Positions 1-11,590 of a DNA stretch of 64,000 nt are shown piece after piece. The notes beneath the pieces are model-generated. The model was not told the origin of the DNA. It was given only the letters and a program-made list of their open reading frames with translations, and searched no databases. The stretch is from assembly GCA_030390025.1 (NCBI GenBank), contig CM059452.1, positions 8,680,001 to 8,744,000 of the forward strand, given 5' to 3'. The position numbers and the translations under genes were made by a program. The stretch's first letter is position 1. The number at the start of each line of letters is the position of its first letter. Origin of the DNA: Squalus acanthias. Its lineage: Eukaryota.

Positions 1-167
1 CTGATTGATGTTTCTGTCGCTGTAAGTGTTGATGTAAAAGGCTCTACATTCGCCATCAGCATCACCGCAACACATCTCGCTATAGATGAGCCCTGGAAAC
101 TGCCCATAGATACACTGACTGTCTGTTTTCACCCAGGATCTCAAAAGTGTAAAAGTTCCCATTATAT

Positions 168-182
168 CCGCCAGAGGGCGCC
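168..182 (+). promoter_or_regulatory. CTCF-consensus motif in a duplicated intergenic block
   Basis: CCGCCAGAGGGCGCC; identical at 27752-27766 and 44900-44914 in paralogous blocks. Confidence 0.6.
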
Positions 183-542
183 GTGCTCATATGTTTCTCG
201 CTGCTTCCTCCGCACTCAGTCCCATGTTATTCATGATAGGTCGAAAACCATCAACATTTCAAACCTGTTCATATTTGTGTTGTGTTCCTGGTGTTCAGTA
301 AAATACCTACCCTCCCTCTTGTTCTGTCTTGTTTTCACCGTCACAATCTCTCTCCACCACGCTTACGAATGATTTCCTTATATTGCAAATCTTAAAGCAA
401 CTGCTAAGTGACATTTTTGGTAGTTTTGTAAAGCTGCAGTTTGAAAAAAAAAGTCTTATATATTAAAATATGTAATGGGCGACACATTCAGAGAGACAAG
501 ATTGTAACCCGAGTGAGGAGTTTCTCCCGTGTCTCAAACCAC

Positions 543-1209
543 TGTTGGACAGCCTCGAGAGATGTATGTTGGACATCTTGGGGAGTGACGGGTTAACAGT
601 CGAACTTCTCGGTATCTTGGATTAACAAGCTTCCAGGCTTTCAATATATAAACAGGATGACTTTGAAGTGTCGTAAAAAGAATGCACTGCTTGTTTTCTG
701 AGATGTAAAGTGCTTGTGTAAGGGAATAAATGATAGTAGTGACGTCACCCATGAGTGATTTAGTTTTAGGGTAATAAACATGGTTAGAAGGGAATCATTA
801 GCTACAGAGAGCAGTTGGTACAGCTGTTACTTCAAAGATGCTAGCTAACTGTTCTGTCAGGAAGTCTTGTTTAAGGGACGTAGTTATGAATTAAACAAAC
901 AACAAACTGTTTAGATGAATATTCCGTTTTCAAAGGGTCTGGGAATAGATACGTCATACAGGCTTATCTATGACATTCTCCTTTGATGTAGTCAAATATG
1001 GTGTATAAAGGATCATGGTTTTCAACAGTATCTCAGCGTGTACTCGAAAGATACTGAAACCGAAACAGTCACTCTCTGTATACAGTTAAAGACCGATCAC
1101 CTTCACTGTGCATCAATAAGGTCTGTTCCGCATACTCCACTACTGAGTCTCGTGCTTACTGGAAACGTGTTGCTGTGAACCAGAGGAGAAAGGATGTTGA
1201 CTGCTAACA
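543..1209. mobile_element. Solo LTR-like insertion
   Basis: Starts TGTTGG and ends CTAACA (TG..CA). Flanked by ACCAC (538-542) and ACCTC (1210-1214). Absent from the paralogous block near 45260, which reads ..TAACCACCATTT. Confidence 0.65.
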
Positions 1210-2041
1210 ACCTCCATTTCCCTCCCCGTGTGATTAATTTCCGCGCCTCCTGTTAGTTTCAGGCAGACTTTAATCTAACGGGTTCAGCAGATATTTAGGG
1301 AAGGGGCTCATATTCCCCTCCGAGCTATTGCCAACATAGTCGGATGATGGCGGTAAGATATTATCTCGAAGTGACAATATATCGGTTTGAATGTAGATGA
1401 AGATGTTCAGTTTATTTCACTCATTCTCAGTAATCAGACTGAGGTGGTTGATGGGGGTCGGGTTTAATTAACCTTCTGATGGGGTCACACAAGGGGAAGA
1501 TTTCCTCTGCTTTCTCTGTGGAATTCTCCTCTGAAAGTTGTTTTAACGAAATCGCAAGCTTATTTTGTTTTGTTAGAAATAGCGACCAGAGGAAATCTCA
1601 ACCACAGTGTGGACACCTCGGTGTAAACACGAATGTTACAGGAGAATGAAGTTAATGCTCTCGATGAGTCGTCACACACCAGCATAAAATAAACACTCAG
1701 TGTGACCGATTCGGCCCCGGTGAATATAATCCCACAATTAAGCAATGCTGAAGTTTTCCTCACACCAAGGAATGCACTCACTGAGTGACGGCTCCACAGG
1801 CCGATACTTTATGCTGTGACTGTCAGTATCTCTGATCAAACCCGCTATCAACTGGAAATTGTAGAGACAACACTTGCGGTAACACTGCCTGCGGCAGCCC
1901 CGCCCACAGCTTCCGTTCGCTGCTCTCGCTCTGACCCGCCTTGCCCGCCCTGTGTTTTTGGAGAGATTGCTGCAGCTGTTACGGGACTGTAAACAGGAGG
2001 GAGGTTTTTGTACAGTGACTGCCGCGTTTCCTCTCAGTGTG

Positions 2042-2469
2042 CGGCTTTATCGCACAGTAATACACCGCGGTGTCCGCGCTCTCCGTGCTCTCAATGACCA
2101 ATTGGCCGCGTTTGTCCGCAGTGGAAAGATCCAATTCAAATCGGTCCCTTTTCTCTTTGCCAGCTGATGCCCGCTTTATTATCCACTCGAGTCCCTGACT
2201 GGATTTCTGTTTGTACCAGTGCATGCCGTAAATGCTGGACATGTCATAGCTGCAGTTTATCTGCACCGAATCCCCGCTCCGGACTGTTATCGCAGTGGGA
2301 GACTGCAGCACTCGGTCCGAGAAACATCGACCTGTAAAAACATTCAGATAATAAAACACAGGAGCAACGTGAAAATAAACACTGCGGGTTATTGAGCACA
2401 GCTCCTGTACCTACATGGTAGCAGCACCAGAATAACGAGTGATACATTCACTTGTACCGAGTAATACAT
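2042..2469 (-). CDS. TCR alpha/delta-type V segment, intact
   Basis: Leader 2469-2415 (MYYSVQVNVSLVILVLLP), intron 2414-2332, V exon 2331-2042 (..INCSY..WYKQ..DTAVYYCAIK). RSS CACACTG(2041-2035)-23-ACAAAAACC(2011-2003). Confidence 0.9.
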
Positions 2470-2749
2470 CCTTGTAATTAAAATGTCAAGAGGAAAGCGG
2501 CAGACAGCTCGTATCAGAAGACCCCGAACCGAGTGACAACATTGAACAGGCGGCTGATTAAAGTCAGCGCCGCCCAGTTAAAGTCTCAGTCACGTGGGTT
2601 TGCTGTGCTTGGATTGGCTGGAAATAGACATTGTTCACCCGCGGTTCACATCCGGACATGTCAGTTGTCCAATGACCAGCAAGTTCCTCTCCTCCTTGTG
2701 GAGGGAAGTGAGGTGAACCCCATCCCTTTGTGATAGTGACTCACTAAAA

Positions 2750-3790
2750 CACGTACTGTGGAGGCTGCCCTGGGTGCTGACTGCACCAGTACACATCATG
2801 GGTAGTAGCGGCTGTTTTCAAGGCGCAGTTTAGTCTTCAACCGTTATTTCAGGAACCGGCTGTTCCACTGCGTCTTGCTGGCTCCATTCTAATGGGCCGA
2901 AAATTCATCCCGGGACGCGAGAGTACGCACTGCGTACTCTCGCGTATTCCCACTCCAATTGCCGGTTTTCTGCATGCCCTGCGCATGCGCTGAAAACCGG
3001 CAATTGCTCTTTTGAAAAGGGGGCGGCTCCTCGGTGCATCGCGTGCGCGCTACAGGCTGCGCGCACGCTGTGCACTTCATGCTTTGGACGCGCAGGTAAG
3101 TACGGAAGATTTTGGAAATGGAAAAAGGAGTAAGACCCACTTTTAAGAAGGTAAGTAGTGAATTAAGTATTTTTTTGAATTTTTTTTAACAGGTATATCT
3201 TTTTTAGAGACTTTAAAGACAGGTAAGTTTATTTTTATAACTTTTTAAAAGATTTTAAATTTTTTCAAAAATTTAATTTTTTATTTAAAATGGTTAATTT
3301 AATTAACTATACTTATTTTATTAATGTGATGGTTTTTTTTTAATTTAATTGAGGTTTAGCTGTTATTTTGGGGGGGTGTAAGATTCATAGATTTCACAGC
3401 ACGTAGGTGAAACTTATGAATGGAAGATGGTGTGCTGCCATTGGCTCTAACTGAGTCACGTGATCCCACAGCTCGCACGAATTCACTACGCCGCTGGGAT
3501 ACGCAAGCACTGCCCAGCTGATGTCTGGAACATCAAGTTCGTGCGAGCTGGATCTGAAAAAGCACAAGCGAGGTGAGAGATCGCGGGGAAGCCTTACCCC
3601 CGCCGGAACAGAGCGAGATCAATTTCTGGGCCTATAGTAATATTCATCTCCATCACAATCATCATCAGGATGATTTAACCATTTATCACAGCTGGGTTAC
3701 AGCCGTCAGGGGGAGAATGGATTTTAACTGGGGAGGAAATACTTACTGAGAAGTGATATAATGATGAGGAGCGGTGCGAGGCGGTTGCAC
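2750..3790 (-). pseudogene. Family A V pseudogene, 3'-truncated, intron interrupted by a DNA transposon
   Basis: FR1-FR2 relic at about 2750-2888 homologous to the 50226-50535 V exon, with an internal deletion. No FR3 or RSS. Leader relic at about 3747-3790 lacks its start. Confidence 0.8.
2894..3632. mobile_element. Non-autonomous DNA transposon with GGCC-type terminal inverted repeats (TIRs)
   Basis: Ends GGGCCGAAAATT / AATTTCTGGGCC with an AT-rich core. Homologous, inverted, to 19407-20133 and to the partial copy at 49300-49820. Splits an intron that is contiguous near 50540. Confidence 0.75.
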
Positions 3791-4544
3791 ATTCTACAGT
3801 CCTGGAAAACCTCTGTAGGAGCAGAAATACAGATCCCCGCCGCACTGCACTGCTGATCCAACCAATGCCAAAGAAGTAACAGAGGCAGTAATCCCTCCGA
3901 TAACAGAAGGCGGGTCAGAGCGAGAGCAGCAAACGGAAGCTATGGTCGGGGGTGCCGCGGGCAGGGTTACTGCAAGTTTTGTCTCCATCATTTCCAGTTG
4001 GTAACGGCGAGAAACATGTGACCACGGCGCCCTTTCGCGGTCACTCTGAGAACTTTGCACTGTCAGGATAATAGTTTGAGTAAGGTGTGAGTTTATCTAT
4101 GGCGAACTTTCCAGCGTCCGAGTTTTGGGAGAGGCGGTTCAGACAATTTAACAATTTTTGAATCTCTTTCTTTATGGCTTTCTCTTACCTTTAAGATTTA
4201 TGTTTCTCACTCGTTGTTTCTCACTTTCTTTAATTTCTCTTTCCCTCCTTTCCTAATTTGCTGTCCACTACACGTATTATTACGTTGATTTTTCCCTTTC
4301 TCTCATTCTTTCTTTAGTGCCTTCGCTTTGTTTTCCTTTGACTGTGTTGCAAAATTTCTTCATTTCAGAATTTCTTTAAATCTCTCTCTTCTATATTTCC
4401 TATTATTTTTCTGTGCTCAGTCCCTCTGCCCTCCGATTATTATAACCGGGCACCTCCCAATCCCGTTGCTCCAAACACAGCAGAGCGGCGCTGCCCCTCG
4501 GGGCAGGTTTCTGTGCGGACTCTCCGCCTGTTTGTTACACTGTG

Positions 4545-4878
4545 GGCTCACGGCGCAGCGATAGGTGGCGCTGTCTGTCACTCGCGCGTCTCTCACAATC
4601 AGGGCACTGAGTTTATTGCCTCCCCCGATTGAAGCAGTGATCCTCCCGTGTTGATCGGCCCCGCTTGTGGTCATCACCAGGTGCTGGAGGGTCTGATCCG
4701 GGTGCTGTCTGTACCAGTGCAGGACGGTAAACGCAGCGCTAGCGGAGCAGTTGATGGACACGATTCCCTCTTCACTGACAACCACCCGCCGAGGGAGCTG
4801 CTCCACCTCATCTGCACCGCTCAAATCCGTGCAGATCAGAGTGTAAATCAGCAGGGAAACTCTGTAAATCAGGAGCAT
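4545..4878 (-). CDS. TCR V segment, family B, leader and V in one exon
   Basis: Continuous ORF MLLIYRVSLLIYTLICTDLSGADEVEQ..INCS..WYRQ..DSATYRCAVS. RSS CACAGTG(4544-4538)-23-ACAGAAACC(4514-4506). Confidence 0.85.
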
Positions 4879-5899
4879 TCTCCGATCAGATGAAGAGGAG
4901 GCTGAAAGAACTGTACACAATGCTCGGGTTAGAACTAGGACACGGATATTATATTCAGCGTAATTAACAAAGAGACAAATTCTCGCTACTTGTCCAACGC
5001 AACGGTTTCTTCCCGTCGAACGAAGGAAACCAGCTGTATCTCTGGGTTTACCCACCCCGGGATGCCCACACTCTGTTTCTCACTGGCACCAGCTCACACT
5101 GTCTCTGAGCTCACACCGGGCCGCTCACACTCAGTGTTTCTCACTGACACCAGCTCACACTGTTAATGGTGAGCCCTATTTTAGACATATTATTCGGTAT
5201 CTTTTTAACACAATCTGACAAACTATTAAACAGCAATGTTGGTTCACACTGCCCTCTTGTGGCTGTTGGCTGATTCACATTTCAACTTTCGGTGCAATGA
5301 ATGTAACGTGGATTGGTCTGTCAGGTCACCGCGAGTTTTATTTTGGGTAGTTTCTACGTGTCGTGTGAAAGACAGAATGGAGACATTCTTCAGGAATTCA
5401 TTCTCAATGAATCTTCATATATTAAAACACAAAAAAGGTGATTAAGCCCATCAAGTTTTTACTTCCGTTCTCGCATCCTGTTCTTTAATAATTCTCTCAG
5501 TACCCAATAGGCTTCTTTATAAAAGAATAATTGATGAAGTCTGCGTCACTAACAGTGTCTGGCAGAGAATTCCAGCTTCTCACCTCCCTTAAATAGGAAT
5601 CTTTTTGAAGAATGAACTTAAGTACGAAGGTTTTTTCCCTCTTTCCGAGTAGTTCCGGGATGTGTCCAGGTATTGTGGGTGAGGCCGGTTACGGTCAGAC
5701 AGAATCCTCACCCATTCCCGGGATCGGATGATCAGATGTCCGGGACAAAGCTGAACAGCACACGGAGCCTGTGTGCCGGGGCCGCGGGCAGTGATGATGA
5801 ACACAGACAGCGACAATGGTTTATTTATTTATACATCTGTGTCTGTCTGTCCATTCCACTATTGACACAAGTGTCCTCTGTTCATCGATCCCCAGGTCT

Positions 5900-6180
5900 G
5901 CCCACCTATCTGTCTAATTGTCTATCCACCTGTCTCTCAACTTGTCTGTCTGTTTATGTGTGTATCTCTCACTGTCTGTCTCTCTCTCGCTCTCTGTCCT
6001 TCGTCTGTCTGTATATCTGCCTGTCGGCCTGTTTTTCTCTTTGTCCCCCTGCTGTCTGTCTGTCTCGCTGCCTCTCTGTCTGTCTTACTCTCTGTCTAAC
6101 TGTCTGGTAATCCACCTGCCTGTCTATCTATATCTAGTCATTTATCTGATGCCTTCTCTTTCTTTCTCTTTGTCACTGTG
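5900..6180. repeat. (TCTG/TC)n low-complexity tract
   Basis: Degenerate TCTG microsatellite; inverted paralog at about 37380-37710. Confidence 0.8.
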
Positions 6181-6279
6181 TACACACAGAGAGATAGTCA
6201 GATGTATTGTTAAAGAAAGAGAAACGGGAGATCTGTTCTTCTCTCTGCATGCATGGGTAACCAGGAATGTTTTCTACAG

Positions 6280-6574
6280 GACTGACTTCTGGAGACTCCG
6301 TCGGGCAGTGGCCAACAGAAGCCCAATATCCTGAAGGAACCTCGATGAGTATTAATTGCAACTATTCAACCTCCGAACCCAACTACTACCTCGAGCTTTA
6401 TCGTCAGAATCAGAACAAGGCTCCCACTATCATAATTCGAGTACATTCCTTTGGAAAGGAGGAAGTCAACGGCCGTTTCTCTGTCATTCTGGAAAAGTCG
6501 AAAACTGTCGCTGTTTTCACCCTGACTGAACTGCAGCTCGCTGACAGCGCCGTGTACTACTGTGCACTGAGGCC
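6280..6574 (+). CDS. TCR V exon, family C; open frame, conserved Trp replaced by Leu, leader not resolved
   Basis: Acceptor ..tctacag at 6279. GLTSGDSV..INCNY..LELYRQ..DSAVYYCALR. RSS CACAGTG(6575-6581)-23-ACAGTAACC(6605-6613). Confidence 0.8.
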
Positions 6575-6654
6575 CACAGTGAGAAGGGCCTCGGGACACT
6601 TCGTACAGTAACCGTGTTCTGTGAGATCAGCTCATAGAAGCTGCATAAACCCGG

Positions 6655-6669
6655 CCACCAGGTGGCGCT
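6655..6669 (+). promoter_or_regulatory. CTCF-consensus motif downstream of RSS
   Basis: CCACCAGGTGGCGCT, about 41 bp 3' of the nonamer. Paralogs at 36870-36884 (-) and 23901-23915 (-). Confidence 0.7.
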
Positions 6670-7049
6670 GACAGAGCGCAGACTCTCAAAGCCGGTCACT
6701 TTCCATCAACCAATACTGACAGACAATTCCTCAAAATAAATTAACGTGAAAATTCTTTTTATTTCATATTTCTGCTCATTAATGTTATCCAATCCCTTAC
6801 AATTGAATAATTTCACAAGTTAGTTAAGTGTAAATGAGATGTGCACCTGGTTTTAACCCACTTCACTGATGAAGATTTCCGTGACTATTGAATAACATAA
6901 TAATTCTGCAATTCCTGTCGCGAGCCTACTTGTCCCGAATTTGTAATAAATGTGAAAGTAACGCAACTCTTATAGAGAGGCAGAGTTATAACATTTCGGA
7001 ACGGGACGTTGTTATTGAATTCAGTTCCTCACAGGTGGATCCCACATGT

Positions 7050-7258
7050 GACAACACCGCCCGCGGCAGCCCCGCCCACAGCTTCCGTTTGCTGCTCTCG
7101 CTCTGACCCGCCTTGCCCGCCCTGTGTTATTGGAGGGATTGCTGCCGCTGTTCCCTGTTTGGCGTTGGTTGGATCAGCAGTGCAGTGGGGCGGGGATCTG
7201 TATTCCTGCGCCGACAGAGGATTTCCCGGACTGCAGAGTTACAGACTCAGGGAGCATC
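7050..7258 (+). promoter_or_regulatory. Conserved family A V promoter / 5' region
   Basis: GC boxes (CCCCGCCC, GGGGCGGGG) and ETS-like CTTCCG. Conserved upstream of every family A copy and as an orphan at about 1880-1980. Confidence 0.6.
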
Positions 7259-7721
7259 ATGCGGATCCCTCTCGCAACGCTCCTCGTCATTATATCACTT
7301 CTCAGTAAGTATTTCCTTCCCAGTGAAATCCCATTCTCCACCTGACTGCTGTAACCCAGATGTTAATGTGGTAAAATGCTGGTGATGATGATGACTATTA
7401 CTATTATTTTATGTTAGAATGGAGCCACCAAGACACAGTAGAACAGCCGATCCCTGAAATGACGGTTGAAGAGGAAAGTAATGTCACACTAACCTGCACC
7501 TTGAAAACAGGCTATGCTGACCCTTCTGTGTTCTGGTACAGTCACCACCCCGGTCAACCTCCACTGTACGTGGTTTATCACTATGTAGGGATAGTAAACC
7601 GGGGCCCCGGCTTTAGTGACAGATTCTCTTCTACATTCAATCAAACAACCAAGATTACTGAGCTAACGATCAGCAACGCCTTGATCTCAGACACCGCCGT
7701 GTATTTCTGTGCCATGGACCC
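7259..7721 (+). CDS. TCR V segment, family A, intact
   Basis: Leader 7259-7304 (MRIPLATLLVIISLL), V exon 7418-7721 (..LTC..FWYSH..DTAVYFCAMD). RSS CACACTG(7722-7728)-24-ACAAAAACC(7753-7761). Confidence 0.9.
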
Positions 7722-7785
7722 CACACTGCAGCAGAGATACAGCGGATCCCGTACAAAAACCCACACTGAGAGTTACAGTTAGTGC

Positions 7786-7800
7786 TCACCAGAGGGCGCT
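7786..7800 (+). promoter_or_regulatory. CTCF-consensus motif downstream of RSS
   Basis: TCACCAGAGGGCGCT, 24 bp 3' of the nonamer; same position in the other family A copies. Confidence 0.65.
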
Positions 7801-7867
7801 CTCACACCGATAAACAGAAGCGACAATTCAGCCTCCAAAGGTCGACAAAACACAACACGCAGCAAGA

Positions 7868-9088
7868 TTGCAGCCTCATTACAGCCTCGGTCCAAACATG
7901 GACAAAAGAGCTGAATTCCAGAGGTGAGGTGACATCAAGGCAGCATTTGACCGGATGTGGCCTCAAGGAGCCCTCGTAATTTCGGAGTCAATGGGAACCG
8001 GGGGCGGGGGGCAAATTCTCCACTGGCTGGAGTCATACCGAGCACAATGGAAGATGGTTGTGGCTGTTGGAGGTCAATCATCTCAGCCCCAGGACATCGC
8101 TGCAGGAGTTCCTCAGGGCAGTGTCCTAGGCCCAACCATCTTCAGCTGCTTCATCAATGACCTTCCCTCCATCATAAGGTCAGAAGTGGGGATGTTCTCT
8201 GATGATTGCAGTCTGTTCAGTACCATTTGCAACTCCTCAGATAATGAAACAGTCCATGCCTGCATGCGGCTAGACCTGGACGACATTTAGGCTTGGGCTG
8301 ATAAGTGGCAAGTAATATTCGCACCACACAAGTACCAGGCAATGATTATCTCCAACAAGCGAGAGTCTAACCCCATCCGCTTGACATTTAACGGCATTGC
8401 CATCGCCGCATCCCCCACCATGAACATCCTGGGGGGTTCACCAATGACCAGAAACTTAACTGGACCAGCAACATAAATACAACAAGAGCGGGTCAGCGGC
8501 TCGGTATTCAGCGGGCAGGTATTCTCCTGTCTCCCCAAAGCCTTTCCACCACCTACAAGGCACAATTCAAGAGTGTGATGGGATACTCTCCACTTGCCTG
8601 GACGAGTGCAGCTCCAACAACACTCAAGAATCTCGACACCATCCAGGACAAAGCAACCCGCTTAATTGACACCCCATCCACCACCTTAAACATTCGCTCC
8701 CTTCACCACCGTCGCACCGTGGCTGCAGTGTGTACCATCTACAAGATGCACTGCACCAACTCGCCAATGCTTCTTCGACAGCTCTTCTCAAATCCGCGAC
8801 CTCTACCACATAGAAGGACAAGGGCAGCAGGCTTATGGGAATAGAATCACCTGCAAGTTCCCCTGCAAGTTAGACACCATCCTGACGTGGAAATATATTG
8901 CCGTTTCTTCATCGTCGCTGGGTAAAATCCTGGAACTCCCTCCCTAACGGCACTGTGGGAGTACCTTCATCACAGGGACTACAGCGGTTCAAGAAGGCGG
9001 CTCACCACCCTCTTCTCAAGGGCAACTAGGGATGGGCAATAAATGCTGGGCTTGTCAGCGTCGCCCACATCCCGGAACGAATAATAAA
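7868..9088 (+). mobile_element. 5'-truncated, frameshifted CR1-group LINE
   Basis: RT motifs GVPQGSVLGP..FINDL..FSDD in broken ORFs. 3' tail GGATGGGCAATAAATGCTGG.. also seen at about 60970-61200. Confidence 0.85.
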
Positions 9089-9718
9089 AAAGATCCAATT
9101 CAAGAATTATATTAGTTTGTGCTTTCATCTCGCATTTATAACAAAACTTAACTCCCCTTTTGTCTTTCGACGCCCTTTCCGTGCCTGCCTGCAATATTGT
9201 GCAGCCCTTTGCACATATCCCCAGTCATTTTCCCTGACCCTTTGATCGCGGCCTGTACACAGGGTTTGTTTGATCAGACTATGTTCCTGGGTCAGAGACA
9301 GATTATTCACAATGAACAGGTTTCACAAGGTAGTGATTTTACTCTTTAAAACAGGCCCCAAGCACAGAGTTCCCCCAATGTCCATTGTCCTTCAGAATGT
9401 CTCTTTAATGCTGGAATGTTTTCTGTCACCATTAACAATCGCTGAGCTTCCGGGTTACAATAACCAGACAAGAGTTTCGTTCCCACCCCAGTCTCTAAAA
9501 GCGGAACCATTCCCCTATAAGGACACTGACTGTAGCCCAGCTCGGGGTGTTTCCATTCACGGGCAGCCAGCTCACCACCTACCGGTCTCACAGCACCACT
9601 GGGGACAAAAGGAAGTGAGGTGAGAGCATCCTGAGACACGACAGCAGATTATTGAGGCCGGGGATTAGAACGGATGTCTTCAAATATCCAACCCCCTTTT
9701 AAAGAGCGGACAGCGACA

Positions 9719-9763
9719 ATGCGGCTACTCAGCATCTGGGCTGTTTGGGGGCATTTCTGACAG
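9719..9763 (+). pseudogene. Orphan family D leader exon; V exon absent
   Basis: Matches the 57993-58038 leader but lacks one G (frameshift). Followed by an L2 fragment instead of a V exon. Confidence 0.75.
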
Positions 9764-9799
9764 GTAATTATGGGCCAAACACATTACATCTTTTCTTTA

Positions 9800-10150
9800 A
9801 TCTCCAAAAACTGAATTGGAGGCGCACAGAGATCTCGGAGGGTTGTGGGGCTGGAGGCAGTTACAGAAATAGGGAGGGGCGAGGCCATGGAGTGGGATTT
9901 GTATACACGGATGAGAATATTGAAATCGATGCGTTGCCTTACCGGGAGCCAAAGAAGGTCAGCGAGCACAGGCGTGATGGGCGAACGGGACTTGGAGCGA
10001 GTTACGATACGGGCAGTAGAGTTTTGAATGAGCTCAGGTTTACGGAGGGTGCAGTGTGGGAGGCCGGTCAGTCGAGCATTGGAATAGTCGAGTCTCGAGG
10101 TAACAAGGACGAGGGTTTCAGCGGAAGGTGAACTGTGGTAGGGGCGGAGT
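9800..10150 (-). mobile_element. L2 LINE ORF2 C-terminal fragment
   Basis: LADLLWLPVRQRIDFNIL resembles the L2 LHWLPV..RI.FK motif. Confidence 0.7.
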
Positions 10151-10336
10151 TAAAATGCTGTTACCCAGTTAAAGCATTCGGTCCATTTAATCAGGGATAG
10201 AATTGCACGAGATAGTCCCTCACCTTCTGTTATACCTTCCAGTCGAACAGTTTCTTACTTTACTCCGTATAACCGATTGCAACAGGAAATAGAACTGCTG
10301 TTCCAAGGGGTTGTTTGTGAAGATATAATAGAGCCC

Positions 10337-10777
10337 ATGTCGTACCGTCACCTCGTTATATTGTGCCTGGTGTTCGGTAAGTATGACCATGCATTGTGTC
10401 TGTGCACCAATGTGAGGTTAATAGACTTTCTATCTCAGTATTGTATTCAACCCTCAGTTAACTTTTATTTCAGGGGAGATTCGGGCCGATTCGGTGTCAC
10501 AGCCTCAGACCGCGCTCTATGTCACTGAAGGAGATGTTGTGAAAATAAACTGTAGCGACACAACAAGCCACGGTAACCCCGATCTGTACTGGTACCAGCA
10601 GTACACGAACCAGGCTCCGCGATTTATTTTGTACCAGGATAAAAACAGCAAAGACGAGGCGGATTTTGCCAAGGGAAGGTTCGAGGCCGGCCAGACCAAC
10701 GCAGAAACGAAGTTTCCTTCAACAATCACTCGAGCGGAAATCCAGGACACCGCCGTATATTTCTGCGGGCTGAGAAT
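10337..10777 (+). CDS. TCR alpha/delta-type V segment, intact
   Basis: Leader 10337-10376 (MSYRHLVILCLVF), V exon 10474-10777 (..INCS..LYWYQQ..DTAVYFCGLR). Perfect RSS CACAGTG(10778-10784)-23-ACAAAAACC(10808-10816). Confidence 0.9.
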
Positions 10778-10875
10778 CACAGTGTCTTAAAACTCATCTG
10801 TCGCTGTACAAAAACCTCAGTGAAATAAAACTGCCGCATATAGTGCCTCCAGTTCAAGGGAACATATCAGCAAGT

Positions 10876-10990
10876 ATCAGCCGTGGTTGAGTGAGTAAGA
10901 TTTTTGCCTCTGAGTCAGAAGGTTGTTGGGTTCAATTCCAACTCCAGACAATTGAGCCCATAATCCAGGCTAACAATCTCGGTACCAGTA
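10876..10990 (+). mobile_element. 5' fragment of a tRNA-derived DeuSINE
   Basis: Homologous to the head of 63462-63920. Confidence 0.6.
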
Positions 10991-11099
10991 CCGATCCTAC
11001 TTCACTATTTTGCTGGTACCAATTTATCTTGAGTGATTAGCCGATACAAACATGTTTCTCGGGTGGTGCAGGACCCCCTTAAGAGACCCTGGCTGACAC

Positions 11100-11590
11100 C
11101 CCGGTGTCACAGCCCTGAGTCAGAGGTCACAGGCTGCACCAACTGGGGCTCTTTCGCGCTGAGCGGAGGCTGGAGGAGGCGCGTGACGCCCTGACCCTGA
11201 ATCAATGGGAGAAACAGCCAATCACGGTGCTGTGACGTGCGGAAAAGGTTGTGGCGTCATCCACTGCAGGGCAAACCGGCGGCCACCTCTGTGTGACGTA
11301 CAGTTGGCCATGTTTGTGTGACGTAATACGTTGCGCAAGTCTGCCGTTTATTTACAAAAAACACCTCGATTAAAAGGAAAAGTGACTTCAGTTTGCACAA
11401 ATAACCGCCCCATCTTAATCCATAAAAGTGAAAGTTTGGCGCGCGAGAGACTTATAAAGTTGTCGTTAAAACGGTTGGTGACGTGCGCATGTGCGAAAAG
11501 TTCTCTCAGTGTGACAGATGGGGGCTTCTCTCTGCCTTTGTGAATTGTGGGACCCGCAGCCCTCCATGGCCCAGTCATTAACCGAGTGAA
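11100..11590. promoter_or_regulatory. Orphan CpG-rich promoter-like block, copy 1
   Basis: CCAAT boxes, several TGACGT/TGACGC sites and TGCGCATG. Direct paralog at about 62690-63175. Confidence 0.45.

Noticed and set aside
5673-6334. Hydrophobic ORFs (also 37329-37808, 38224-38918, 51202-51657)
   Set aside because: Microsatellite or pyrimidine-rich low-complexity sequence.
7009-7385. Recurrent ORF family AAAPPTASVCCSRSDPP
   Set aside because: These are translations of the duplicated family A promoter; frames and stops differ between copies.
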